Assembly: GCA_951406725.2 (NCBI GenBank)
Contig: OX597828.1
Span: 41,044,001 to 41,108,000 of the forward strand
Reading direction: 5' to 3'
Length of the DNA stretch: 64,000 nt
Source of the DNA: Octopus vulgaris
Taxonomy: Eukaryota
Shown: one piece after another, positions 12,753 to 25,520 of the stretch
Layout of the letters: every line of letters begins with the position of its first letter
Numbering within the stretch: position 1 is the first letter of the stretch
Translations under genes and position numbers: made by a program
The notes under the pieces: generated by a model
What the model was told of the DNA's origin: nothing
Database searches by the model: none
The model's input: the letters and a program-made list of their open reading frames with translations, nothing else

Positions 12753-13651
12753 CCTAATCTTTGAGGACATTGCTGCATGTTTAAAGTAATGACCATATGA
12801 TTATACGTTCAAATCTTAACTGCTGTGTTTAAACCTTCCTTCAGTTTGCTTGATTTAATAGAAGTAAACTTCATTCTTACTTCGTGCTTGGGTGATTAGC
12901 AACAGGAAAGGAATTTAACTGTAAAGATTTATCCAATTAAAACATTGTGGTCAAGAAGTTTGCTTCTCAACCACATGGTTCTGGATTCAGTCCCACTACA
13001 TGTTACCTGGAAGAAGTGTCTTCTACTATAGCTCCAGGCTGGCCAATACCTTGAGTGAATTTGGGAGACAAAACTTGTAGGAAGCCTATTTTGTGTGAGT
13101 GTTTTTGTGTTCAACGAATCATTGATGTTTATGTATGTTGTTGACATTGTGACAGACTGCTTTGTGTTTTTGAAGGCATGTGAAATATAAAAAAAATTCT
13201 TACTTGGAAAACAAATGAGATTTGGCTACAGAAAGTGCAGCTGGCTGTTAAATCCTGTCTCAGATTAATTCCTGTGCAAACCATGCTAGCATGGAAAAAA
13301 AACTGGCATTTAGCAAACAGATGGATGAAGCCTGTTTAGAGTGTAGCAAAAAACATGTATACTTGTTATATATCTTTATTTATTTGTTTCTAACTATCCA
13401 ATGAAAGTGGACACAAGGAAAGTGTTAGGATATATTTTATATTATTATCATTATGAAAGGCAGTGAGCTGGCAGAACCATTAGCACACCAAACAAAATGC
13501 TAAGCTGCATTTCTTTCAGCCTTCTTATGTTCTGGACTCAAATACCACTGAGGTCTGTTTTGCCTCTTGTCCTTTTCGGGGTTGATAAAATGAGTACTAG
13601 TTGAAAATTGGGCTCAGTGCAATCAACTAGGCCCATTCCCATAAAATTTAA

Positions 13652-13873
13652 CCCTTTAGTGTTTGCTTTATTCTGCCAAAATTAATGCTTTTTCATCCAC
13701 ATTGTTTTGAACTAATCATTCATTAATCTTGTAGCTATGAGATTTTAATGAGGTAGCTGTTAATTTTTAAAACGATATTGTAGGGTTGGTGTGAGAGACC
13801 AGATCTGGCCAGTTTGAACATAAAACAGGCAGAATACTTTTGGCCAGATATGGCCGGTTTAAATGCTAAAGGG
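13652..13873. mobile_element. piggyBac-type MITE (about 220 bp)
   Basis: TTAA|CCCTTTAG...CTAAAGGG|TTAA; further copies near 17401-17621, 20919-21565 (split), 34462-34678, 47234-47451, 52690-52908, 57306-57472; partial copies at 8550, 10909, 43005, 45710. Confidence 0.85.
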
Positions 13874-14342
13874 TTAAGGCCTAGTACCGATTGTTGAAAA
13901 GGTTGTTGTTGTTGATACTGCCATATTAGTTAAGCCTGAAATCGAATGCTTCTGTGATTTCTTAGCTGTTAACTTTTCTTTTTGTAGAATATGTTTGATA
14001 GACATGGGAAATATTGCTTTGTTTGGAAACGGGTAAGGATTGGTGACAAGAAGAACATCGAACCATAGAAAATTCTTCTTTAATAAAGTCTCATCTTATC
14101 CATGCAAACTTTAGTAGACATTAAAATGGCAGCAGCTGTTTTTATTGTGAACATAGAAATGTTTTTGCAGTTTCTCCTCTTTCATTTAATACTATAATAC
14201 ACTTGAGATACAAAGGACACAGCTTTGATATCACATTGAACAAAATCTTGCCATTTTAAATGTTAAATAATAATTCTGTTTGATCTACCCCAATCCTATA
14301 GCTTACTCTGAATAATCGTATATTTTTTTCTTTTTTATTCAG

Positions 14343-14497
14343 GCGTAGAAGACTGTTTTCTCTGAAAGAAAAGAAGCAACAAAGATTTCTTGCAAATGCA
14401 AACAAAATAACATTGAAAGAAGACCAGTCAGATTCTAAGGAAAATGATCCGAAAAATGGGAATGTAAAGACAGAACCCAGAAATATAAAGGCTAGTG
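14343..14497 (+). CDS. BAZ1B: BAZ1B exon j
   Basis: attcag|G CGT AGA..AGT G|gtgagt; completes W codon, WRRRLFSLKEK resembles human WKERLAVLKEE. Confidence 0.9.
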
Positions 14498-15549
14498 GTG
14501 AGTCGGGTCTGTTGTCTAGTTCCTATTTATTTATTTTTTGGAGTTCTTTTACTTGTTTCAGTCATTTTTGATTGTGGCCATGCTGGAGCACTGCCGTAAA
14601 GGGTTTTCTAGTTAAAGAAATCAACCCCAGGTCTTATTCTTTATAAACCTACTACTTATTTTATCGGTCTCTTTTGCCGGATTACTAAGTTACAGGGATG
14701 TAAACACCAACCTCTGTTGTCAAGTAATGGTGAGGGGGACAAAAAGACACACACACACAAACAGAGACTTATATATACGACAGGCTTCTTTCAGTTTCTG
14801 TCTATGAAATCCACTCACAAGGCTTTTGTTGGCTCGAGGCTATAGAAGAAGACACTTGCCCAAGGTGTCTGAACCTGAAACCATGTGGATGGGAGGCAAG
14901 CAAGCTTCTTAACACACAGCCACACCTGCTCCTATACATACATACATCTTTTACTTGTTTCAGTCATTTTGTTGTGGCCATGCTGGGGCACCGCCTTTAG
15001 TCGAGCAAATCAACCCCAGGACTTATTCTTTGTAAACCTTAGTTTAGTTCAGGTCCCCCCCAAAAAAACACACTTTATAAGCAGTGTATTGTTATCTTTA
15101 AGACAGCCATGTTGTCTATATTTATGTGTCTGGAGCTTAAATACCATTTGCTACAAATTTTTGTGGAACCATCACTGCCAACTGGCTACTTCTGATGTCA
15201 TGTGAAAAGCACCTATACCGGTGCCACATAAACAACACCTGTACTGATGCCATGTAAAAAGCGCCTAGTACACTGCAAACTGGTTGGCATTAGGAAGGGC
15301 ATCTAGCCATAGAAACCCTGCCAAAACAGACAACTGGAGCCTGGTGCAGCTCTGGCTTGCCAGCTCCTGTTAAATTGTCCAGCCTATGTCAGCATGGAAA
15401 TGATGATGATGATAGATGATAAGAACATAATCTTTTCTGGCCCTTTTTTTAAAATGACAATGGGAAAATAAATTTTTCTTTATCACTTGAATTTTTTTTG
15501 TTTTGTTTTCTAAGACTTAATGACCAAATTTCTTGTTAATATTTTGAAG

Positions 15550-15709
15550 GTTTAACCATCAGAGATTTTTATGGCAATAAAGTTGCTGAAGAAGAGGAGG
15601 CAGCTAACTTTTCAGATGACGGCTTAGCATCGGTTGTTAAACGACGGCAACGGAGAGCTGCTGTTGTTGCAAAAGAGAAAGAAAAACGAGATAAGGAGGA
15701 ACGCGAAAG
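15550..15709 (+). CDS. BAZ1B: BAZ1B exon k
   Basis: ttgaag|GT TTA..GAA AG|gtacat; LASVVKRRQRRAAVVAKEKEKRDKEERE; the upstream TAAG acceptor at 15514 runs into a stop. Confidence 0.82.
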
Positions 15710-17158
15710 GTACATAATTAAACAATTCATTGATAACATAATATTGTACATCTATTGGGAATGTGCATAGCAAAATAGAAAGAATAGAGTAGAAGACATT
15801 TTGGTAGGCCTAGACATTAAGTTCTCAAATATGTTAGTCGAGCTAGCCAGTGATGTCACTAACTTGTCCCATATGGCTGGAAAAGAAATTTATCTGTGCA
15901 GAATTTGCATATGATATCTAAGCTGATGCTTATACATGTGGGTTTCCTGTTTCCTGTAGCTCAAATGATTGGGTTATTGGAAGCAGTATAGCAGTTTCAT
16001 AAACGAAAGTATTCGCAGTTACATCAATACATGATTAACCAACAGTGCATAGTGATTTGATTACTTGCTGAAGAATCATTAAGAAAATGAGCTATATTCA
16101 TGTGTTCATCACCGTGTACAGAAAACGTGATGTTTCCATATCTATAATACTGTTATACTAAACACTAGTGAACTGGGAAGTGGAGCTCGTAACAGTTTTA
16201 ATGTTGATGAATAAACAAATCTTATTAAATACATCCCATGTTTCATCATGTGGAAAATCCATTATTTAGAAATACCAATTACCAGTAACTGGTGAATTGC
16301 CACAACAGTCTGGAAAAGATATTCTGAGCCTATAAAGGTGGCTTGTAGAGGCTTTGCAAGGAAGAAGGCCATTTAGTCTGCAAGTGCAGCTCCAGAGAAA
16401 ACCCCGTCAGGTTGCTTTGGTTTAAGAGGTCTGATTCATGAACTGTTGCTTTTCCTTGAATGTAAGTCAGGGTTTGATTAACCCCACTTGGGTCACCTGG
16501 GCAAGGATGTCTGATGTTGAAAGATCCAAAACACCTGATGACTTCAGATTAAATCACTGATAATGTGTCTCAGCCAGCTCATCCAAGAGATGTATCTTAT
16601 ATACATACATCCTGTTAGTAGTTGGAAATCTCTCAATAAATCCTGATTGAAATGTCTGCAAAAATTCATCAATTCTAATGCTGTGTTCAAAATTGCTAAA
16701 GGCTGCAATAGAAAGTTGTACTTCACCAAGAGATAGAGATTGCACCTTCAGGAACCATAATATAGTTGATTATTTGTTTCTATTAATGGATCAGTCAATT
16801 TTATATTTGTTAATATTATCATTATTTTTGTTAATATTATCATTATTAAACTCCAGATGTATTTGGATAGTGAAGTAGTAACATGTCTTTCTTAGTGTCT
16901 GAATGTGTACACATTGCGAGTATCTTTTTCCAAAAATATTTTTCACTGACATTCAGTTTACATTACTGTAAAAGATATTGTACATTGTCAAATATATTTC
17001 AATACAATGGAGATATCTTGTGTGAAATATATCACATGGAATTAATTTGAATATCTTCTTATTTTAAATTTGATAGACTAACTATGTCAGTTATAAATTG
17101 TTAATTTTTGCTGTATGGCAGAGCTATGTTAAATTGTTTGTTTTTTTTACTGTTTCAG

Positions 17159-17225
17159 ACGAGAGAAAGAATATGCTGTACTTCGCAAGATAAAAGAGGA
17201 AGAAGCATTTGAGAAGGAATTTAAT
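17159..17225 (+). CDS. BAZ1B: BAZ1B exon l
   Basis: tttcag|A CGA GAG..TTT AAT|gtaagc; REKEYAVLRKIKEEEAFEKEFN; phase 2/0 fits neighbours. Confidence 0.88.
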
Positions 17226-17704
17226 GTAAGCCATCTTTAAGATTTGTTAAATCCAAACTATTTATTTGTGTAGCTTGTGTTTTTTAATGTGCATTTCTCC
17301 ATATTTCCTTAGTATTTTCATTGATAATCCTTTATCTTTCTAACACAGTTTTTCAAATAGCTACATGAATATTTTTCAAAAGCAGCTGAGAATATATTAA
17401 TCCTTTAGCATTTATGTTTCTCTGTCAAATGTAATGCTTATTCATTCATATTGTTTTCAATTAATCATGCATTTTTTCATAGCTTCAAGATTTTGAAGAT
17501 ATAATTGTTTATTTTTAGAATGACATTGTTGGGTAGGTGTATGAGGGTGGATCTGGTCAGTTTTGTCACAAATCAAGATAGAATATTTCGGCCAGATATA
17601 ACTGGTTTAAATGCTAAAGGGTTAAAGCAATCTTTTATTATTATTATTATTATTATTGTAAAATCTTAGAATAATAAATTCTTTTTTCCTTTTTGCTTTT
17701 GTAG

Positions 17705-17819
17705 GATGGAATAGCTTTTGCTAAGCTTGTTCTACGCCTATCTCCAATTGGAACGGACCGAAATCATAGCCGATATTGGGTATTTTCTCGATGCACCCCA
17801 GGTCTTTATATTGAAAAAG
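17705..17819 (+). CDS. BAZ1B: BAZ1B exon m (WHIM2/WSD)
   Basis: ttgtag|GAT GGA..AAA G|gtatct; GIAFAKLVLRLSPIGTDRNHSRYWVFSRCTPGLYIEK. Confidence 0.96.
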
Positions 17820-18079
17820 GTATCTAGCCACCTTTTTTTTTTTTAGACTCAAATATATCTATCTCAATTTTCACTAAAGAACATTAAAGGTAGTGCTCCA
17901 GCATGGCCACAGCTAAGAGGCTGAAACATGAAATTTTGATAAGTTTTACCTTAGATCACTTCAAAACCAGAAGTGTGTATCATAGAACCAGGAGCAGTTT
18001 CAGGCAGGTTGGTATCAAAAGGGTTAAACATTTTGTCTGACATGCTTACAATTTAATGATATTGCCAAGTTGCCACTAT

Positions 18080-18570
18080 AATAATAATAATAATGTACAT
18101 TGTTTTTGTCTTGCTATAAAAGATGGGCTACAGCAAATATTCTGCTCAGTACCACAAGTTTGCTTGTCAGTTGTTTGACCTTAACCAGTTGACCATATTC
18201 CTTATTGGCTGACAATATATGTATCTCTGATCACAAACAGAAGTAGTTGGGGAGCATCATAACCATGGATAATTTACCTTTGGAAATGTGTATTTTATTC
18301 AACATCCTGAAACAATTCAGGGACTTTTTGAGCAGAATGAGCTACTTAAACTAAAGAAAATTCTAACTGGCCCTCACCTGCAAGGTCATGCACTGTTTAT
18401 CTTTGATATGAGGTCACTAAACTTTTTGTGCACATATGGTTGTGATGCATGTGTCAGGTGTACCCTTACCAGACGGGTAATCATGATGGGTATATTGGGC
18501 TTCGTATATTTTACCCCAGTGTCATTTTGATGGCATGCACTGCTCTCTCACTCAATAATAATAATAAACA
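18080..18570 (+). mobile_element. Non-LTR element 3' remnant lying in or ending with (AAT)n
   Basis: About 480 bp non-coding segment bounded on both sides by (AAT)n runs. Confidence 0.45.
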
Positions 18571-18616
18571 TGTTTATTGAAATGTATTGATCACTGTTTC
18601 GTTTTGCTTTCCCTAG

Positions 18617-18743
18617 GCTGGATTTCTGATGAAATTGCATTCAGTTTCAAAAATGAGTCTGATGACAGTTCTTGTAGCTCCGATGATGAAGTCCTTTCAA
18701 ATTCACAAAACTTACATTATAACAACAAACCGGTTGAAACGAG
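18617..18743 (+). CDS. BAZ1B: BAZ1B exon n
   Basis: ccctag|GC TGG..ACG AG|gtatgt; GWISDEIAFSF..PVET. Confidence 0.92.
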
Positions 18744-20342
18744 GTATGTGAAGTTTAGTTTGCATTTTAAATGGCCATGTGGCTAAGAAGTTCACTTCCC
18801 AGCCATGTGATTTCATGTAGCACCTTGCTCTACTATAGCCCTGCACTGACTAAACCCATGTGAGTGGGTTTTGTATATAGAAACTGAAAACATCTCTTTG
18901 TGTGTATGCATGTGTGTCTCTTTGTTTTGATATTCTACGATAGTTGTAATCAAGTGTCACCATCATACAAGTGACATTTGTTTCCAGTCTTCAGTGAAAA
19001 ACGTGTCTGGCCACTGGGAAATATGACCTTGTTCAGAAATGGGTGAGGTTTGGCAACAGGAAGAGCTTTTAGCCATAGAAAATCTGCTTCAAAGAATTCT
19101 GTCTGATCTATGCAGGCTTGAAAAAAAATGACATTAAAAGGATGATGAGAAAGTGATTAAACCCAAAGATTGTTAACATAGGCACAACATCACCTGCTTT
19201 ACAGGTGGAATATAGTTAACTCATAGCAGCAGCAGCAGGGGGAAGAAATGTAAGTCTTGGTGAGATTTGAACTCGGAGTGTAAAGAAGCAGACCTAAAAT
19301 ACAAGTAAAATTTTTTCCCTCTCAAGTATATCTACCTTTGGTTGCCCTTCTTACTAATACTGCTTTACTTTACACACACAACCAGAAATTGGTGAAGAAG
19401 ATTATATCAATGCAGTAGTTGATTGATGCATCTTTTATTGAAGGATTGCCATTTGCAATACTCGTTAATTAACAGTATGAAAGAATAAACCGATGATGAT
19501 GATGATATGGCATAGGCCCGCAGATGGGTTATGAATGTTTGACACTTTGGCTAGGTCATCTATGCAATTAGATATCTCTTAATTCTTAGATGCTGTCTGG
19601 GTTCAGCTGAAGTGAAAAAGAAAGAGTAAAAACTATTTACCATCATCACCATTTAGTGTCCATTTTTGATGCTGGCATTGGTTGGGTGGTTCAACAAGAA
19701 TAGGTGAGCCAGAGGACTGTCAAGCATTTTTTCTATGGCTAGATGCTCTTTCTAATACCAGCTACTTTACAGAGCATACTGGGCGGTTTTTACATGGCAC
19801 CAGCACCAGTGAAGTTACCAAGTAGTGTGCAAGACAAAACTCCTCATCTGAGGCAAAAGTAATATTGAGTTTACTGAGGTAGGTGGCTTTATGCCAGGTA
19901 CTAAAACAATTCATTTGTCTGTGCATGTTTTGCCACAAAGGTGGCACCAGTTATGTATTCACAATCACATCACAATAGTGGAATTGATGTTGCTTCCACA
20001 GTGCTCTGCTTTTGATCCTAGAGTAAGAAAAAAAAGCTTAACAGAATGTAGAAAAGGAAGAATATTTGCTATTTAGCCCCAGGAAAGATCGTTTCCACTT
20101 GGCTACGTGACACAAGCATTCTGTGTCCTTAAGTTTTGAAACAGGGGAGATAAGCACCTCCATCCAGCAAAGCCAGCAACCAGAAACTACTTTCAGAGTT
20201 ATTGAAAACATTGTCTGACACTTCAATCCAATTACATTTTCTTTTGCTTATGTTATTTTTCCTAACACAACTATACACTCTTCACGATTTATTTAAAGTC
20301 AGAATTATTGATATTCTTAACAATCTGTATTGTTGGTGCCCA

Positions 20343-20375
<33 letters not shown>

Positions 20376-20717
20376 ACCTCAAAAATGTAATGGACTTCAT
20401 TTGTAAAGAAAAAACACAGCTACATTATTATGGATGAAATAGAAAAATTGTTTTGTTTCCAAAAATATATGATAAAAATGTATGATGTAGTTTTAGGCTT
20501 ATTTATGTATATATCTGTACTGAGTTGTTTGACTAAACCCCTTCAAGGCAGTGCCCCAGCATGGCCACAGTTCAATGACTGAAACAAGTAAAAGATAAAA
20601 GATATAATTTTATTGAAAATATATTTCAACCGTTCTTGTTCATTACAGAATATTGCTAATCTTGATAACATTTATTTTATTTTATTTTGTTTTTGTTTTT
20701 TTACTTCTGCCGAACAG

Positions 20718-20882
20718 CGTTCCTGAACCTGGCCAAAACACCTGGTCTGTTTATGAAACAGAAGAAGAATTTGATAGTTTTATAGCCAGCCTTCACCCAC
20801 AAGGAATCAGGGAAAGTGCTCTCAAATCAGAACTTTTAAAACGCCGTGATGATATTGTAAAAAATATGAATGCAACAAAGAA
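20718..20882 (+). CDS. BAZ1B: BAZ1B exon o (WHIM3)
   Basis: aacag|C GTT CCT..AAG AA|gtaagt; GQNTWSVYETEEEFDSFIASLHPQGIRESALK. Confidence 0.96.
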
Positions 20883-21117
20883 GTAAGTTTTTTTTTTCTT
20901 TTTTTTGTCAGTGTTTATCCTTTAACATTTAAACTGGCTATATTAGTTTTTTATATTCTACTTGTTTTATATTCAAACTGGCGAGATCCAGCCTCTAACA
21001 CCTACCCTACATCATTCCAAACGTAAACAGTCATGCCATTGAAATCTCAAGGTTACAAGATAATGCATGATTAATTCAAAATAATGTGAATAAATAAGCG
21101 TTAGATTTAACAGTCAT

Positions 21118-21321
21118 CTCTCTTACTCTTTTACTTGTTTCAGTCATTTGACTGTGACCATGCTGGAGCACCGCCTTTAGTCGAGCAACTCGACCCCGAG
21201 ACTTATTCTTTTTGTAAGCCCAGTACTTATTCTATCGGCCTCCTTTTGCCGAACCGCTAAGTGACGGGGATGTAAACACACCAGCATCGGTTGTCAAGCA
21301 ATGCTAGGGGAACAAACACAG

Positions 21322-21374
<53 letters not shown>

Positions 21375-21546
21375 CATATATACGACAGGCTTCTTTCAGT
21401 TTCTGTCTACCAAATCCACTCACAAGGCATTGGTCGGCCCGGGGCTATAGCAGAAGACACTTGCCCAAGATGCCACGCAGTGGGACTGAACCCGGAACCA
21501 TGTGGTTGTTTAGCAAGCTACTTACCACACAGCCACTCCTGCGCCT
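21118..21546 (-). mobile_element. SINE family A, young full-length copy inside a piggyBac-type MITE
   Basis: CpG-rich complete copy; MITE sequence resumes after it (taatctggatactaaagg). Confidence 0.88.
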
Positions 21547-21655
21547 AATCTGGATACTAAAGGCTTAGTATTTTTTCAATTGATATCAATATATATTTTA
21601 TATATGATCAAACAGGCTTTGAAGAGGTTGATGTAGGTCAGTGTTAGCAAAGCTT

Positions 21656-23043
21656 TTGTAGTAAAATCGATAAAATGAATATAACAAACATGCTGTGAAG
21701 AGTGGAAAATCCAACATTTTGGAGAAGTCTGTCCCTTCTTCAGTGAAAAGTTAAGAGGCGAGAAATTAATGAGACAGTTTTTTTTTAAAACTTAGAGGAT
21801 ATAAAATTTCACTGTTTCTCATCAATTTCTCTCTTTTAATAATAATAATAATAATAATTGTGTACAGTGCTCAGGTGCACTACAACTCATCTAAAGTGTA
21901 TATATAATCAGGTGAAGTTTCGGCGGATTTCGGAAAGCATGAGGGCCTTAAAAGATGCAGTGTCATGGCAGTCAACAACTGACGCAGGCAGTTTATTCCA
22001 TGCTTCAGCAACTCTGAGCGTGAAAAAATGTTTCCGAAAGTCATGGGAGCTGTATTGTTTTCTGACTTTGTAGGCATGTCCACGTGTGTTAGACACATGG
22101 AGATCAAAAAGGTGTTCAGTGTTGTTGTTGGTGAGGTGGTTGATAACTTTGTGGGTGTTTACCAAGTCCGTCGCCAAACGCCGGAGCTTCAGTGAATCCA
22201 TGCCCAGGGAAACAAGGCGCTCAGAATATGGTAGGTGTCTGATGGAGGGTATGCGTTTGGTTGCACGTCTCTGGACAGATTCCAGGAGGTCAATGTTCTG
22301 TGCAAGATAGGGGTTCCAAACTGATGATGCGAATTCCAAGTGTGGTCGTACCATAGCTGTATACAGTTTTAAATAGATGGCTGGAGAGCGGCTAACAAAA
22401 GACCTGCTGAGTGATGCCAAGACACCCTCGGCCTTCCTGACAATCTTAGAGATATGCTTTGACCAACGCAAATCACTGCTGACAGTGATGCCTAGGTCAC
22501 GCTCGCAAGAGGATTTCTTGATATCAGTGTTGTGGAGGGAGTATGTGAACGCAGGGTTTTTTCTCCCAAAATGCATGGTGGTACACTTGTCCACAGCCAG
22601 TTTCAGTTGCCAGTCTGTGATCCATTGCTGCATTGTGTCTAGGTCTGATTGCAGGAAAGAGTTGTAGACATCAGGATCTGTCCTCTTGATTTCAAGGTAC
22701 AGCTTGATGTCGTCTGCATATTTCAATACTGTGGCATTCTCCAAATTGGCATCTATGTCGTTAATGTATGCCACAAACAAGAGGGGGCCAAGGACAGATC
22801 CCTGTGGTACACCCGATGACATCTCATATGGTGTAGAGTGCTGTCCTAGAACTGTGACTACCTCCTTTCGGCTGAGGATGAAGGATTTCAACCAGTTAAA
22901 AAGGTCATCCCCCACACCCATTGCAGAGAGTTTCACCATAAGCCTTTTCAATTTTCCCTTGAAGACAGACTCTATCTGAATGTTGGATTTTCCACTCCCT
23001 ACAGCAAGTGACTATATTTTATATATGTCGATTTTACTCTACA
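21656..23043. repeat. Inverted-repeat element (probable inverted Penelope-like pLTR pair) interrupted by the CR1 insertion
   Basis: Arm 21661-21750 (gtaaaatcga..gagtggaaaatccaacatt..) is complementary to 22950-23037; inner arms about 21755-21778 and 21811-21837. Confidence 0.65.
21838..22948 (-). mobile_element. 5'-truncated CR1/L2-group LINE, RT C-terminal half with intact ORF and (TTA)n tail
   Basis: ORF 21908..22951 has SGVPQGSVLGPLLF, YADD, VRPHLEFASSVWNPY, LESVQRRATK, FFTLRVAEAWNKLP; 3' tail reads (AAT)n on +; CTTTT at both junctions. Confidence 0.93.
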
Positions 23044-23362
23044 TTGAATTTGATTTATATTGTTTGTTTTTCTTCTCTTTATTTATCAGTTTTGTTATGT
23101 GTTTTCACATTGTTATGTACTAATCAATAAGCTACAGTTACTTATTTCTACTAATTATAGTAATGTTATGAGGGAAAAGTTGTGTTTGTCAATAACTACT
23201 TATATTTAGCATATAAGACGCACCCCTATATTTTGCAGAGAAAAAAAATGTCTTCCTGATAATGTATTTGGGCAGGAAGAGTTTGTTCAGTTGCCCACAA
23301 GCTTCCTGTACAACTTTATTGCTTTGTACTAATGTCAGAAATGACCATTTCTATTTTTACAG

Positions 23363-23447
23363 AAGTTCGTCCAAAGATGTCACTGTTAAAAAGACTGAAG
23401 AAGAGGAGAGTGATAACCCTCTCGATCTGAAAGAGGCTTTCAAAAGA
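23363..23447 (+). CDS. BAZ1B: BAZ1B exon p
   Basis: ttacag|A AGT TCG..AAA AGA|gtaatg; phase 2/0 fits; CAGAAG tandem acceptor. Confidence 0.83.
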
Positions 23448-23774
23448 GTAATGTTTTGATTTTTATCAATTTGTGAACGAAAAGTCATTTTTAAAAAGAA
23501 TATGACTTAAGGCTACATCTCCCCCCTCTCTCTTTCTCTTTCCCTCCCCCCCGTCTCTCTGTATGTATGTGTGTATACACACACATACCTCCACTTGTAT
23601 GTTCACTTGTGTCAGACTGTCACTACCTGTACGTATCTTTTATGTATCTCTCCATATTCCTGTCTCTTTGTCTCCCCTGCTTTCCACTGATTATCTGTAC
23701 ATCTGTTATTCTATCTGTATATTTGTTATTGGCTACATCTACTTTGCACCCCAACTTTTTTTTAATTTTACAAA

Positions 23775-24215
23775 TGACTTCTGGCAAGGTAACATGGATG
23801 AAGCAGGGTGTGTAAGCATACTCTTTGCAGAGAAATGGGTGGATAAGGTCTTAGAAGTTGTCAGGGTATGTGATAAAGTGCTTAAGCTCAGGCTAGTCCT
23901 GCAGAATAGTATAACCACAGTTATCTCTACATTATTTACATTTGACGGATATTTATATATATTAAATATAGAACTGTACAATTATCTCTGCTTACGCCCC
24001 ACAAGTGGGCCTACCAATTGATCAGAAGGACCACTTTTATAATGCCCTCCTACAGGCTACCTCAAAGACGAGTGGCAATGACCTCATCTTTGCGGCTGGA
24101 GATTTTAATGGGCTTGTCGGACAGCAATCTGGTGTACAAGGGGGCCATGGAATTGGTTCCCGAGATGAAGGGGGAACTAGGCTACTGGAGTTCTGTGATG
24201 CATGTAACCATTTAA
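23775..24215 (+). mobile_element. RTE-clade LINE APE endonuclease relic
   Basis: GVSILFAEKWVDKVLEVVRVCDKVLKLRLV..VISAYAPQVGL..FAAGDFNGLVG..GGHGIGSRDEGGTRLLEFCDACN after removing a 61-bp insertion. Confidence 0.85.
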
Positions 24216-24872
24216 TTTTTCAGCTGGCTACGGCCGGGTTAGTATCGAAAGAGTTAAACCAAACCTTCAAAGACTATAGGCACAAATACTTTGCAACAGA
24301 TCTGCCATTCAGTCGAAGGGGCTCTCTGTCTTGCAATCTGCATGGTAATCTCACTAGTGCTGGTGCCATAAAAAATGCAGCCAGTACTGTATATCATGTG
24401 GTTGGAATTAGGAGTGACATTCAGCTGTAGAAACCATACAAAAACAGACTTTGGAATATAATGCAGTCCTTGGACCCTGTCAGATTCTATTGAACCTTCC
24501 ATTTTGTATCAGCATAGAACCTGGACATTAAGTGATGGTGAAGTGCAAAAATCATATATAAAATATACTCTATGAAGTCTACTAGACATAAAGAGTATTG
24601 TAGAAAGTGTGCTATTTGAATCAAATGCATGCTAGCTATTGAACATCTAAGTGAGAAGAGAGAGGAGTATTGACTCCAGCATGTGACTGGTACTTTATTT
24701 ATTGACACTAGAAGGATGAAAGGTGAAGTTTATTGCAGTGGGGTTTGAACTAAAAAAAAACAAAAGCAGAGCCAGAACATTTACTGTAAGTAAAATAGCT
24801 TTAACATTTCTACCAAGTGAAAACTGCTATGTACATGATAATTATTTTCTCACTTTTTTTTTTTTATACCAG

Positions 24873-24980
24873 GAGCTTCGAGAAACTGAAACCCGTCTAC
24901 GTAATGGAGGACTTGGTGGTGTGTTTGATCAGGAAGAATGGGAAAAGAAAATTGAAACATCTCTAACTATATCAGACATG
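24873..24980 (+). CDS. BAZ1B: BAZ1B exon q
   Basis: taccag|GAG CTT..GAC ATG|gtaatg; ELRETETRLRNGGLGGV resembles human DLIEVATRLQKGGLGYV. Confidence 0.94.
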
Positions 24981-25204
24981 GTAATGCAGTTTTTATCTTT
25001 GTTGTTGTCCCCCTCTCCTTTCGTCTGGCCAGTCCTGATTTGGCATATATCTGACCAAAGGTACTTCAACTGTGACTTGGTCATTTTTTTTGGTTTTTCT
25101 TTTCTCATATAGAGTGAATCTTGAATTACATTCTCCAATGTATCCTACCTTCCTTTTATGTTCAAGACTACTGAGAGCATGTTTATAGAGAAATTAACTC
25201 CTGT

Positions 25205-25520
25205 CTCGCTATAAACTCGTCCCAGCAAGAAACAGGCTGTATGGATATCTCCTGCCTGTTTCTCCCATCAGTAGGGAAAGGGGATTGTGTTTTGCAGGAC
25301 ATTGCTGGCAAGCTAAGCAAGAGCTGGCGAGTAACCTACTACTTAAGGATGCCAAAGCATGGCCATACTGGAGCAGGTTATCCGAACACAACATATATAG
25401 ATCCACTCACCAGAGACACTGGATGCCTTCCTGAAGTCCTCCCTCAACTAATGCAGGACTGAGATGGATGGTATGTGTGGATTAAAAATGTGTGAGCAAT
25501 CTAATCCAGATGATGGTGGT
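25205..25520 (+). mobile_element. RTE-like LINE ORF2 3'-end relic
   Basis: GHCWQAKQELASNLLL.MPKHGHTGAGYPNTTYIDPLTRDTGCLPEVLPQLMQD..GW, followed by a GATGAT-like tail. Confidence 0.7.

Noticed and set aside
22086-22979. Plus-strand ORFs overlapping the LINE
   Set aside because: Antisense shadows of the RT reading frame.
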